A DNA stretch of 64,000 bases from the human T2T-CHM13v2.0 reference genome, Homo sapiens, in assembly GCF_009914755.1 (NCBI RefSeq), contig NC_060925.1. One strand, written 5' to 3'. The position numbers were made by a program, and so were the translations under genes. Within the stretch, counting starts at the first letter, position 1. The number at the start of each line of letters is the position of its first letter. The notes under the pieces were generated by a model. That model did not search any database. It was not told where the DNA came from and worked only from the letters and a program-made list of their open reading frames with translations. This document shows positions 29,491 through 42,677 of this stretch, one piece after another.

Positions 29491-32400
29491 TCAAAATTCT
29501 CTAGCTGACTTTTTATTTTTTAAATTTGTTCCTCTTCTGCAATGCTCATCCTCTACTTCATGCAAACTGGGTACCCCTTTGTACACTCTTTCTGCTTCTC
29601 CAGTTACCATTACTGTTGCCGTGTCCTTTCCTTCATTCATGCCTGTCCTCTTGTCTTGAAATGACTTTCATCTTTTCTGTTACTATTTGACATCCTTTTT
29701 TTCACTTCTTGTGTTCTTTCTCTTCTATGACGCATACCCTAATCACTCCAGCCCATATTAATCTTGTTCATGAAATCTTGTTTCATGTATAGCCCGTAAG
29801 TCCTTGTTGTTCTTGGATTGAGTTTTATATTTCCAACCAGACTGTCAGCTTCTGGAGAGAAGTCATAATATCGTTGATTGTCCCTACCCATTATATGTCA
29901 TGGTCTGGGGCCAGGTACATAATTGGCTCTAAATAAAAAGTAAGCCACTGTCAAAATGATTAAATAAATTAGACTATTGGACCAAAGGGGTAAAGGAGAT
30001 GAAAAGGTTTTCGCTGATAGGACACAGTCTTTAGAGTTGGTTGTGTGAATGTGGGGGTTAAAGAACAGTTACCAGTGCCTCAGTGCTTTGTTAAGATTTG
30101 GGTTTTCTGTATCTATACACTCTCTTACCAGTTCTTGGTCTTGCCTTTCCCCCAGTCATGTTTGGAGGAAAATGTGGTAAAATGGAAATCTGTCAACTGC
30201 TTCTGGGTTGGAAGGCAACATACTTGATGACGATAAAGGAATTGGGAATGCCTAATGGTGACATTGGGGCTCACCATTTAGTGGGTTTTATTCACCAATG
30301 CTGTCTTCATTTCTTTGCTAGTTTGGTTGATACCACGCTCTTTCTGTATTAAGCTGTAATCTATTGATTCATACGTTTAACATTTTTGAGGCCAGATGTA
30401 CAGCAGAGAACTCCGTATGTTGCGGGGATTTCAGAAGATGTGGTGTGCAGCACATAGTAGATGCTTTGTTAATGTTGGGAAGGATGCACACAAATATAAA
30501 ACATGCCCTTCAGGAATGTGCAGTCTGCTCCAGGCTGCAGTGAAGTAGCAGGGTGAGGCTGGAATGAGTAGGGGCCAAAGGGCACCAGTTCTCAAGGGAG
30601 AGTCGTTGGGAAGCAGAAACAGGAAAGAGATGCTGGATGAGCTTCCCATTGCCACATGGACTGTGGAAGGCAGACTATAATAGAAATCAAAGTGCTTTGA
30701 AAAAATGCAGTGCAGTATTCTATTATAAATATTTAAATAATCATAAATTTTACAGATTGATATAGGGGTTGCTTGGGGGGAACAGACTGCCTGGCACTTG
30801 GCAGATGGTCAGTAAAACATTTATTGTGCGAACGAATCTAGAGTAGAGTAGGGCTGGAGGCCCCGCTATGGTTTTTGTCCCTCTTCTCTTTTTCATGCCC
30901 ATTCCTTCTGCTGGTTCAGGCAGTAGCATTTCATTTTCCAGCTGTAACTAAATGAGAAATTACGAGGAGTGGTTCGAATAGAGTTTGTCGGTGGCTCTCC
31001 TTTTCTTCTCCCATTCCATTGTGAAGATGAGCCAGTAAGGCTCTGCATGGATATTTTCTGGCAAGGGCATCAAACACGTTTCTGAGGGCAGAGTCCATGT
31101 TGTTGACTAATAATTAACTGCTAATGGCATTGTCTTGGGTGTTGCATAGTAAATAATCAAGAAATAGTCTCTTTTCAATGAGAGTTTGAAGGCCAATGCA
31201 AAGACCACACACGGGCAAGCCTGAAAGGTGCTGTTTTGACTAACCTTAATGGGAAACAAAGGGAAAATCTGGCTTGTTTTGTGTGGCCATGCTTAATTGC
31301 ATGATGGTGTGTTTTTCCCTTGAATTTCCTCATGCCCCGTGGAGGGCACACGCATGATGGTGCTCTGCCGAGCCAGGATTATAGAACAGAGGTTCTTGGC
31401 AGCCGGGATGTACTGGCTGCTATGTTGTCTAGCGTGCTGGATCTTACTGGGAGCTTTCAGATCGGAGTCTCTGTGAAATGGAACAAGTGAACTGAGCCTA
31501 GTCTGTTCCTAAAAATAAGTCTCTAAGAAGCAAGTGAAGTGCTTTTCAGTGGGAAGCCTGTGGAGAAAGAGCCTGGAACACAGTCTGGAAGTAAGGCAAT
31601 TCAGGGTTCCTTTACCCAACCCTTTTCAGGCTCAGGAGAGAGGAAGTGACTTGTCTCGGGTCACTTAGGGGCTAGGCCTCGCACCTGATCTGTTGTATTT
31701 CTCTGCCTGGGCTCTTTTCCACCACCAGGGGCCAACTGTCCAGAATGTCATTTTCCTGAGTGAGGAAGCAGAGATGCCTGGCTCTAGGGTGTGCGGCAGG
31801 GCTACAGGACTGAGAGTGTCCAACTCTCTTGGCCCTGCCGCACTATCCTCAGGTTAACTGGTGTTCCCCGCTGGCCTGCTGTTCAGGGCTCTGTGGGAGA
31901 GAGCTTTGCAGCACATGCAAAGGAGGTATGAGGAGGGCAGATGGCTCCACCAGCCTCGCCCAGAGTGTGTCTTCATCCTACCTGCCATGGGGCGAGTCAT
32001 GGAGGCGTCATGGGCCCGGCCTGGCTGTAGGAGGGCCCTGGTACTGCCTCCTCAGGGTTTGACCTGGAAGGCGTTCTAGGAGCATGATGAGGGAGGGATG
32101 GGCACAGGGTGTAGGAGAGAGTGGGCTGGTGTGATGCTCGTTTAGGGGCTGGGAGGGAGCTAGGGGAGCCAGGGAGAGAATGACATTTTAATTACACAGT
32201 GAGTTGTCAGGACTATAATCTTCTCTGATGGCTCTTCTTATTTTCCAGTCATCAAAGGCATCTGCATACGAATTGGAGGTGCTGAGGTTTAAACTTTCTG
32301 ATCATTGTGATGGTGATGCTGATGTCAGTCTGACTTTTTGTGATCTTGTCCTGGGTGAAGAGGGCAGGATCCACTGGTTGTAGTATCTGAAATGCCCTGC

Positions 32401-33570
32401 AGTGGCAAGATTCAATCCCTTGTGAATCCCATTCTGACATTTCCAGGGCTGGATTTAAGAAACTTAAGGCAAAAGTCAAGCCCTAAAGACATCTGAAAAC
32501 GATGCAGGGTCTTGAATTATTGTTGCCTGACTCTGAGAGGATGGGCCTCAGGAGGACTACTTCTCCTAGGCTTTGGAAATGGGTACATCTGCATGGTATT
32601 TGTTAGTGTCAAAATGCAGCAAATCTCTAAATGATTGTTCCTCTGACTCAAATTTAATCCACTGATTCTTTCATTATCTCGTGGATTCAATAGCCTGGTA
32701 TTTGTGGAGAGCCTTCCTTGTGTCATGCTCTTTGCTGGAACTGGGAATCAAACGGCAGACCAGGCATACTCAGTGCCTGCCTCCAGAGCTTAGGAGTGAG
32801 GCTGGAGGACACTGTGCACCAGCACCACTATTCATATGTGGCTTCTGAGGCGAGAGAGAGGACATATTTCACCCAAGGACTTGGGGCTTGGGGCCTTGCT
32901 TTCCTAGCTAGGTGGAAAGCAGCTGGAGGGTAGGATCAGGTTTTACCCCTCCGCATAATGCCCTGCAAAGAATAACCACTCAACTAATATGGGTTGATTG
33001 ATTAAATATGGCAAAGGGACACCTTACACCCTCTTCCAGTTATCCTGCTTCATTGTTAGGGGATAGGCATGGGGGTTAAGCCTTGCAATCCTCCTGTTTC
33101 TCACCACAAATGTAACTTGCACTGACCATCAAACCTCCTTGAGTCAGCTTTAAGAGTTTCTTTCTAGAATCATGTGGGACTTGAGGCAAGAGGAGACTGG
33201 ATGGAGGTTTTTACTCTTTGATGGAATCTCGCATAGATGTTCCTTAAAGAGTGGGGAAAAGAGGACAGCACCATTTATGGAATATCTGCTCCGCTGCTGC
33301 ATGCCGGTTACGTCCTCACTGTTGTTTTATTTATTCCTTTAAACCCTTGTAAGGCTCCATAGATGAAGTGAGGATAAATAGCAGGAAACTGACATAGCTG
33401 GCTGAAGCCCATGTCCCTGTCCTCTCCACTGTGTTTCTAAAACTTTCTGAGGGATGTAGAGGTATGTGTTATCATGGGCTTTTAGTGGTTTCTGTGGTTT
33501 GCACAAGAAAAGTCTAGAGCCTGGACCTCCTGAAAATTTCCCTGATAATTCTGGACAACAGAGCATGGAT

Positions 33571-33614
<44 letters not shown>

Positions 33615-33621
33615 TGTGTGT
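33571..33621. repeat. (TG)n microsatellite, about 19 perfect units
   Basis: Read directly. Confidence 0.98.
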
Positions 33622-34877
33622 AAATTCTTGCAAATCCTCCTGCCCTGACAAGAAGGGCTGATAAACCACCACCCTTAACAGCCAGTCCCCAGGTAGTCCT
33701 GTTCTGGGATACAATTTAGTGAATTTGTTTTAACATTTAGTACTTTGTGGCTAAAACACATAATTCTGGGTTTGAGGACCACGCAGTGGACTGGCTTAAT
33801 TGTTTGATTTGCCGACTTAAAATTAGAAACTGGGAATTCCGTATGGAAATGAAAATTAAGCAGGATGCAAATTAGTGCTTTGGTCCTAGAGTCTAGAGGA
33901 CAGCTGATGCACCTTTGCTTTGTAGGAGGAGGCAGTAGGTAGTGGTAGAAGCCATGTGCATGGAGATGGAAGCTGTTTGGCACTGGTGGCATGTTACCAC
34001 GCGAGATCTCAGGAAACCCATTTCACTTCCTTGGCTTGGGTTCTTCCATTTGTGCACTGGTAGAAAAAAAATTACTGGCTATTGGCCATCCCTTTCCTGG
34101 GACTGCTTTATCTAGAAGTTGTGGTGTTTCTGGGGAGAGGAACTACTACTGGTCATCTGAAAGGGTACAAGCCTGGGTGAGAGCACATACGTGTGCACAG
34201 GTATTTGCACATGGATATTTGGTGGTTTTCACTCCTGTGGTTTTTCTATGATTCATCCCATCAGTCCCAGAACTTGGCTTTTGAGACCTTTCCCTGACCT
34301 GGAAGATGACGTAGAAGTAATCTTAAAGCATCTCTCTTCACTTCCCAAAAGTGCATTTTCTGAGACATGGAGAAGTGCTGTCTGTGACTCCTTGGGCTGC
34401 AGGCTACCAGCCTTCCCTGGGTCCATGAAAATAGTTTGAACAAAAATCTGGCCCAATTGCCTGTATATTTTGTGAGACCCTGGGGCCTGGCATTAGGGAG
34501 CGGAGAGGATTATCTCCAGAGAGCGTTGAGACTCAGGACTTCTGTTGCAGTCTCCCTGGCATCCTTCTCTGAGGGTTTGGAAAGGGCTGGACTAGGTTCA
34601 GAGTGATATCACCCCTGAGGAATTCTTTGGAGAATATGGGAGGATGACTTTTGGAGAATCAGGAGTTCTCCAAAGAGAGGGGAAAAGATATGTTGCTGTG
34701 GTGAATTTAATCTTTACCTTGGGAACCTGTTTCTGTTCATTCTTATCTCAAGTTGGAGGAAACAGGAACTGAGGCTGCATTAACAGAGATGAGGTATCTA
34801 GAACAAGGACGTGCTACTCCTTGGACACAAGTTACTAGACCACACCTGGAACACTGTGATGAATTTAGAGCAGGACA

Positions 34878-35900
34878 TTTTTTAAAACTTTTATTCTAAG
34901 TTGAGTCCATGTGCAGGTTTGTTACGTAGGTAAACATGTGTCATAGGGGTTTGTTGTACAGAGTGTTTCATCACCGACATATTAAGCCTAGTACCCATTA
35001 ATTATTTTTCCTGATCCTCTTCCTCCTCCCACTCTCTGCCCTCTGATAAACCCCAGTTTGTTTTGTTCCTTTCTATGCATCCATGTGTTCTCATCATTTA
35101 GCTCTCACTTATAAGTGAGAACATGTGATATTTGATTTTCTGTTCCTGTGTTTGTTTGCTAAGGATAATGGTCTCCAGCTCCATCCATGTTCCTGCAAAG
35201 GACATGATTTCATTCTTTTTTATGGCTGCATAGTATTCCATGGTGTATATGTGCCACAGTTTCTTTATCCTGTAGTCTATCATATCCTTTAGTCTAGACT
35301 AATGATATCCTTTAGTCTATCACTGATGGGCATTTAGGTTGATTCCATGTCTTTGCTATTATGAATAGTGCTGTGATAAATAGATGCATGCATGTATCTT
35401 TATGATAGAACAATTTATATTTTTTTGAGTATATATCCACTAATGAGATTGCTGGGTTGAATGATATTTCTGTCTTTAGGTCTTTGAGGGATTGCCACAC
35501 CGTCTTCCATAATAATTAAACTAATTTACAGTCCCATCAACAGTGTATAGTGTTCCTTTTTCTCTGCAACCTTGCCAGCATCTGTTATTTTTTGACTTTT
35601 TAGTAATAGCCATTCTGACTGGTGTTAGATGGTATCTCATTGTGGTTTTGATTTGCATTTCTCCGGTCAGTGATATTGAGCTTTTCTTTTTCCATATGTT
35701 TGTCCTGCATGTATGTGTTCTTTTGAAAAGTGTCTGTTCATGTCCTTTGTCCACTTTTTAATTGGGCTGTTTGTTTTTTCTCTTGTAAATTTGTTTAAGT
35801 TCCTTATAGATGCTGGATATTAGACCTGTGTCAGATGCAGTTTGCAAAAATTTCCTCTCATTCTATAGGTTGTCTGTTTACTTTGTTGATAGTTTCCTTT
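34878..35900 (-). mobile_element. 5'-truncated older L1PA (about PA11-13) ORF2 end and 3'UTR
   Basis: ORF2 C-terminal peptides on - (35098-35283, 35312-35500, 35521-35754); degenerate TSD agagcaggacattt / agaacagcacatct. Confidence 0.9.
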
Positions 35901-36199
35901 AGAACAGCACATCTTAAAAGGGATAACACATTGCAGTGTGTTCAGAGGAGAGTTGGAAAGCCTACCCTATTCTATGGGGGTGGTGGAGAAACGGATTTTA
36001 ATCTGGAGAGGGCAAAACTCAGGTTTTGACAGGGTTTTAAATATCTGAAAGGTTGTCCTGGGGATCTGTATGTGGTCCCAGAAAACCTAACATTGGGAGT
36101 CGAAACTCTAGGTGGAAGCTTTATGGAGAGAAATTATGTTTTATATGAAGAAGAAGAATGAATTTCATTTTGGATGGGGTAGCTTTACTGAGTTTTTTT

Positions 36200-36745
36200 C
36201 CTTGACCCTGAAAGCGATATATTCTTATTGTAGAGCATTTGAAGAATAGAGAATAATTTTTTTAAAAAATCAGTGAAACACCTGTAATATCCCTTTTCAG
36301 AAGCAGCCACTACTAGCATTTGGCACATTATATTTTAGTATTTTTGTATATTTTATTTTATTTTTACAAAGTTGAAATCATGGTACATAAACAATTTTGA
36401 ATCTTACATTTTATGTAAAATAAAAGGTGAAACATTTAACCTTACATTTAATAATTTGTAGTAAACATACATTTTAATGGTTTCATAATATTCTATGCTA
36501 AAAATATAGTGTGATTTTGTCTAATCATTTCCTCTAATGTGGGCCATTAAGTTTATGTCATAGTTTGTGTTTTTATGGTAAATATTATGAATAAATTTTT
36601 GCGTGTGTTTCAGATTATTTCCTTGGGTTAGGTTCCTAGAAATGATTTTGTCAGGTTAAAGTATATGAACAATTTAAACTGTTGAGATATATATGTATAT
36701 ATAGTTTTACAGAAATGTTATACCTGTTTACATTTTGTATCAACT
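36200..36745 (-). mobile_element. Old L1ME-type 3' end
   Basis: 'cagattattttccttgggttaggttcctagaaatg' and 'ttttaatggtttcataatattc'. Confidence 0.55.
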
Positions 36746-36759
36746 AAGATGCTTTTTCT

Positions 36760-36915
36760 TCAAATGATGAGGAAACTTAACTTCAACTGGCTTGAATGAA
36801 AAGGAACTATATTGGCTTAGATATCTGGAAATAAAATATATGGCTGGAGCTTAGCTTCAGGTATGCTTGGATACAGGGGCTCAACTGATGCCTGTAGGTC
36901 TGTTTCCTTTCTCCC
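36760..36915 (-). mobile_element. MLT1J/K-like LTR fragment
   Basis: 'tcaactggcttg...gcttcaggtatgcttggatacaggggctcaactgatg'. Confidence 0.6.
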
Positions 36916-37949
36916 CATCAGTAAGAGTGTTGGCTACTAAGAGCCACTGTTTTTGGCAGCCTTTTTTGGTGATTGTGTGTGTCGGCGGGAGGGGTGTGCT
37001 GTATTTGTGCCTTGAGTTAGGGTAGTGTCTTCATGACTGGGACAGACAGCCTGAATCATCTAGAGAGGCTATCAGAGGAACCTGCTCATTTCTTTGGTCT
37101 CATTAGATCTGGTTTTGCTGACATAAAAAAGGCTGTTTTTTCCCTATGAAATCTCTTATTAGATGAAGGAGGTAGATTATAAATAAAGCTTTAAGAGGTT
37201 GTTCATTGATCCAACTCTCCATTGCTATGCTTGTCCGTCTGTCTGTTCATTCCTCTATTCAGGTGATGTAGTGCAGTGAGCCTTGGATAGGAGTTAAAGG
37301 ATGTGATGTGGATTTTCATCCAGATTCCACTACTGGTCTGTGCTCTAATTGCATTGGCCAAAGCAGAGCTGGGATTAGGAAGCAGGGAACAGCTTTTCCC
37401 CCAGCACACATCTACAAAGTATCTACTTTTTAGCAATTTTCAAAAGGCGAGATGTCAACATTATGATGAAAAGTCATTAGAAGAAGGAGTGTGGGAATCA
37501 CACAGGAAAGATAATCAAAGGGTGTAGCACCTTTAAAAAAATTGATTTGCAGACTCCATCCCAAGATTACCCACCATGACTTTAGAACTTGACTTTGCCT
37601 CTGCTGTCTGAGTATTTCCCTATTACTTAAAGGGGCTAATCCCAGTTCTGCCACTCTTAGGGAATCACAAGAAGTGATAATGCATGTGATGTAGATGATG
37701 TTTTAAATGTTGGGCACCTAGGGCATAAAAGCAAGCTCCACCTTGCTTCTGAAAGGGGTTATCATATCCCATCCCATCCAGCAGGGCCCCAGAGGATTTG
37801 GTCTTTTTCCTCTTTGGTCAAGAAGGCCAGATGGAAGTTTGATAGGATATTAAAGAAGCACCAAGGGTCAGCCCATAAAGATCTGAAGTTCAAGAAATGC
37901 ATGCCATCAATACAGATTTTTCTTAGTACCCATTGCCACCACAGGCCCC

Positions 37950-38345
37950 CTTCAGCCTAGGCTTAGATTTAGCAGGCTCGCCTTACTGTCCTCACACCCA
38001 TCCTCCACAGTATGGCCAGAGTGCTCTTTCAAAAAATTCAAGTCTTGTTAGTGCGTGCCCATTTGTGCTGCTTCAACCCTGCAATAGTTCATCCATGCTC
38101 TGGGGACAATACAAACTCCTTTACATAGCCCAAAAGGGCACAAGCAAATGACCTGGCCTGGTTGACTTCACTTTGTGTTTCCCCTTCTTTCTCTGCTGCC
38201 CTACATTACAGCTGGGCTTCTTTCAGCAACACCATGCTCTCACTTGCCTTTGGGCCTTCTCATTTCTCCACGATGCTCTCCCATCCCAAAGCTTTAGGTC
38301 ATCTTACAGGTTTCCGCTTACATGTCACTTCTTCCTATTTTTGTC
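37950..38345 (+). mobile_element. L2 fragment
   Basis: 'tcctccacagtatggccagagtgctctttcaaaa' and 'caaactcctttacatagccc'. Confidence 0.65.
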
Positions 38346-39814
38346 AGTCTTTTGGTTGGGGGACCAAATAGATAGTCACTGATGGTGGAGTGAATTAAAA
38401 TGGCTCACATTTTTGTTGCCTCTGTGTGGGCAGGTGATGACTGGGGATTGAACCTCACCTTGCTGCCTAAGTGCAGCGAATGGCCAGCCAGTGTCAGAGT
38501 GGTGTGGTCACTCTGAACACAGTTCACAGTTAGAGCTGGGAAGAGGGTGTTCTGTGTCCTCTTGTTCCTTTGGCATCATCCCATGTATGTCTGCCTTGTA
38601 TATTTCCTGTGTTAGTGCCTCTTGTCATATAGTGTGGAGTCCTAGCTTTTGATCAGTGCAGCTGCTGCCAGCTGTTTGCGTAGTTTTCAAAATGGAACGG
38701 AACAGAGAAATGTGTATGTCTAGCTTAGACATTCTGAATTCCTAGAAATCATTATGAATCTGAATCACTGGGTTGGTGTTGCTGCAATTATCTGAAGACT
38801 GTACGTGCACATGTGTGGCTGTGGGTGCTTGTGTGGGATGTGAATGGATGGTGATTTGTTTATAGGGGTAGGACTAGGGGACTTTGAGAGGAAGCTACTA
38901 AAATGTATCCTAGATTTTTGCTGAATTGGATAAGAAGATATCCAGGTTCTCTGCACACCAGATATTCATGAGGCTGAGCAACACAAGCCATCTGAACTGT
39001 TTTGTAATACTTCATTTAGCACAAAGATATTGCCAGAAATCACACTGCTAATCAGTTGGTCCTGGAGAGAAAGCAAAACTGATGCCTAGCTTCTTGATAA
39101 ATGAGTATGTGAAAAGAAGCCCTGTGAACCCCAGATGGGAAGTTGGTTCCTGATATTCATACATTTATTGAGCAAACATTTATTGATTACTGTGCGTCAG
39201 GCATGTGTGAGCCTGAATACATATCACTCCTTTCTTCTCTCAGGTTCAGGATCAGTTTAAGCTTTACTTTAAAAGTGTTTAAGATGAAATCTTGCATTTG
39301 TTTTAGATGGTCTGGATGTTTAGCTAATGGGGAGTGGAGCTCCCCTGTGCCTCTTGATTGCAAGACAAAGCATTAAACATGAGCTTGGCTCTCTTTCCCC
39401 AGTTGCCATACCACTTTTTTTCCTTGGTAGAGGGTGACAATTAAGTGAATGGGGATCAAAGAAAGCACAACTTAAGATGCTTCTTGAAAATGGGATTCAA
39501 AGTTAGAGTTTTCCTTCTTTCTAAATACCACTCTAATATTCTCGTCTTCATGCCTTTCCATCTTTCATCCAGAATAATGTAATGGTTTTTCCGGGGAGTA
39601 TTCCGGTGTCATCACTATTGGATCTTTTTACTAAGGAAGTCTTTGGAGGTATGTTAAAAGGGTGATTCTCAGTTTGGGAATTGTAGCTGTCTTGCTGTAG
39701 ATCAGGCCTGTTATAATTCCCAGCTTGGTGTGTGAGCCATCAAGCAAAATTCTGAACCCTGTAGACCTTGTTCCATGAGTAGGATGGGGCTTTTGGGGTT
39801 TTTAGTGGCTCTTC

Positions 39815-39869
39815 GATAGCCTAAACATTTGCTATCTGGCCTTACACAGAAAAAGTTTGGCAGCCTCTG
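39815..39869. mobile_element. MER58 terminal fragment
   Basis: 'gcctaaacatttgctatctggccttacacagaaaaagtttggcagcctctg'. Confidence 0.6.
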
Positions 39870-40337
39870 AAGTTGGCTGAGCCTTGTTATACTGCTACTC
39901 TTTGATGGTGTAAGGAGTCACAGAGGTCTATGTCTGTTTGACCCACCTCTCAGCAAAGCAGTCATTTATACTGTTCAAATGAAGACCATTTTGTGAGGGA
40001 CCTGGGCATCATCTTTTCACATTTGGAAAGGCAAAACAGTAGCATAAAACCTTTTAGAGAATGTTATCCGGTAACTGGAAAACTCAAAAGAACAGGGAAA
40101 AGAGGAAAATGTGTGTGGAGCAGGGAGTAATGTTCAGCAAGTGGCTGAAATAGCATAAAGGGATTTTTACTCCAGGGAGCTCTGGAAAGGAAAATGGACT
40201 GGGGCATTTCAAATCTATTTCTCTCTTAAAAAAAAAAAAGTAGCAAAGTTTTTTATTCTCTTGTTTCTGAGTTTGTAGATTTGACTCTATGGGTTAGTCG
40301 GATCTGTGAGAGGATGGGAAGACCCTATAATCTAGTT

Positions 40338-40541
40338 CAGGAGTTGGCAAGCTACATCTGCAAGTCAAATCTGTGTCTTCCCTTCCTGTGTTTATAAATA
40401 AAGTTTTATTTGACACACAGCCACACACATTTGTCTCTGGCTGCCTTGGCAGAGTTGAGTAGCTGTGATAGAGACAGTCTGTCCTGAAAAGCCTAAATAT
40501 TTGCTATCCAGCCTTGTGCTGAAATAGTTTGTCAACCTCTG
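40338..40541. mobile_element. MER58A (hAT-Charlie MITE)
   Basis: TIRs 'caggagttggcaa' and 'ttgtcaacctctg'; internal 'aaataaagttttattt..cacagccac' and 'gcagagttgagtagctg'. Confidence 0.88.
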
Positions 40542-40699
40542 AAGTTAGGTAAGCCTTGTTATCATAAGATAAGGGGATTGTGAGTTTTTGTATCACAGGA
40601 ATTTTTTTGTTAATATACAAGTAGGCATTCTTGATGATCATTTGCAAATTAAGTAGGAAAGGAGAGTGAAAATCACCTATTGCAAAGGGGCCATGCAGT

Positions 40700-40900
40700 G
40701 TGGCTGGCACATGATATTGTTACCAGACAAGCCAGAAGACCTTGTAGTGTGACCATGGGCAATTCATTTTACCTCATTGAGCCTCGATCTCTTTGAGTGT
40801 AAAATGGAGATAAGGTGACTTGTTTCTCAAAACGTGGTTGCTTGGATCCAATGAAATAAAGCCACGAGGGCATCCTATAAATGGTAAGAGGGCTGTATAA
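40700..40900 (+). mobile_element. MIR
   Basis: 'tgtgaccatgggcaattcattttacctcattgagcctc...tgtaaaatggagataa'. Confidence 0.7.
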
Positions 40901-41469
40901 ATAGAAGGAATTAACCAGCACCCATTTGTGCTGTTGCAGCTGCTGCAGATACGTGCCTTGTAAAATTACCCTATTATTTAGAGACCGAGAAATATTTGGA
41001 TAGTGGTAATGTGCTGCTCTGAGAAAAGCAGTCGCCAGTGGGATTTTTATCACATAATTAGAGGGTTTGTTAAATGTGCTAGTGAAAAGAAGCTGTTTGC
41101 TGCTGCCTTGTTTTAACATGGACCAGGGATCCTGAGCCTTCTCCCTGAGGAGATTCTATACCAGCATCCTTGCTCCAGTCTCTTTTGTGGTGCTGGCTTC
41201 TGGCCAGCAGAAATTCTGGGAAGTTCTAGACGTAGTGCCAGAGGCACAGTGGCCTTAGAAACCCTTGTAAAATCACCGTCTACCCACGCGACACCTCCGC
41301 TTTAGACAGCTAGGTGCTGATAGCCACTGTGTGTGTAAGAGCCCTGAGGGGTGGGGCAAGCTGGAACCCAAGGAACAGCAGGCATCAGAAAGAGCCCAGG
41401 TTAGTGTGGGAACAGCAGAGCTGTTCGAGCTGGTTCTTTGCTGACTTATTGGTTTATTTATTCATTCAG

Positions 41470-41605
41470 CCAGTCAGTTTCCTCATTTTAGAAGTGGTAA
41501 TACCAGGTACTTTACAGGGTTGTGGTCAAGGATTGAATGAGATAATGCAAGTAAAGTTGTTAAGCAAACAATCTGGCAGGGAGCAAATGTTCATTAAATA
41601 GTAGT
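41470..41605 (+). mobile_element. MIR 3' half (target of the retrocopy)
   Basis: 'cagtttcctcatttt...agggttgtgg..aggattgaatgagataatgc'. Confidence 0.7.
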
Positions 41606-41610
41606 TCCTG

Positions 41611-41888
41611 GTTGGTGTAGTGTATTCTTGGTTATCATATAGCTTTGGGATTTTGAATTGGTAAATATTCATGATGTGTGAAAAATCATGATACATACTG
41701 TATGGTCTCAGTCCCATAAAATTGGATGTTGTGCCTATACACACACAGGATCTAGAAGAACATGTCAAACTATAAACTGCTTGTGATTGTGAATGACTGT
41801 GTTCTTTGCTTCTTGTGTTTCTCAGTTTCTTATAATGCACATATTAACTTTTTTAAAAATAAAGTTTATTTTAAAAGCCTGAAAAAAA
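41611..41888 (+). pseudogene. 5'-truncated processed pseudogene (mRNA 3'UTR retrocopy)
   Basis: About 270 bp of non-repeat, UTR-like sequence; AATAAA at 41858-41863, then an A tail from 41882; TSD aaatagtagttcctg (41596-41610) / aaatagtaattcctg (41886-41900) at a tt/aaa L1-endonuclease-like site. Confidence 0.85.
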
Positions 41889-42109
41889 TAGTAATTCCTG
41901 ATTTAATTTTATTGTCTTTTTCTAATTATTTCATATTCATGAAATACATACCCTGCGCTAGGCACTGGGGAGTATCTGTAGATAGGAGATGAAGGTATGT
42001 AGACTGTGGTCAGGCTTGGCTTCTGCCAGCTGGCTATGATGCGGGAGGACCAGCAGTGAGCATGCTTCTTGGGTTTCTCACGGTGAGTCTGGGGATGCTA
42101 TTGGAGCCC

Positions 42110-42420
42110 CTCAGCTCAGCCCTTTCACCTGGCAGGGGCCTCCCAGCCTGCCTATTCCAATCTTACCTGCCCTCCAAGACCAAGCTCAGGACCCATCTGT
42201 TTTCTAATTAATGCTGGCCTACAGTTGCCACACTTTTCTCAGAATCTTGAAGCACTTACACACCCAATTTAACTCTGGATCACATCCCACCTTGTCTTTT
42301 TATAATTGTTTCATGTAGCCTTGAGAGAAGAGACATGTCTTATTCATCTTTAATTCTTAAGTGCCTACAAAGTTCCTGACACATACATATCCTCAATAAA
42401 TATTGAATTGGATGAATTCT
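42110..42420 (+). mobile_element. L2 3' end
   Basis: 'cttgagagaagagacatgtcttattcatc...cctgacacata...ctcaataaatattgaattggatgaat'. Confidence 0.65.
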
Positions 42421-42464
42421 AGTTCATTTTAGCCACCATGTATCTACTAGTGGATCACCTACTT

Positions 42465-42677
42465 TAGGGTTTCTTAACTTTATTACCACCACCATTTTGG
42501 ACCAGATAATTGTTTGTTGTAAGGGGCTGTCCTGTGTACTGTGGGATGTTTAGCAGTGTCCCTGGCCTCTATCCATTATATGGATATATGAAATGCCAGT
42601 TGTGACATTCAGAAATGACCCCAGACATTGCCAAATGTTCCCTGAAAGGCAAGATCATCCCAGGCTGAGAACCATTG
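42465..42677. mobile_element. MER20 (hAT-Charlie MITE)
   Basis: 'ggggctgtcctgtgtactgtgggatgtttagcag..ccctggcctcta' and 'ccagacattgccaaatg', ending 'gagaaccattg'. Confidence 0.88.

Noticed and set aside
32230-32385. Strong acceptor 'ctcttcttattttccag' followed by an open frame
   Set aside because: No convincing donor before stop codons and no recognisable peptide
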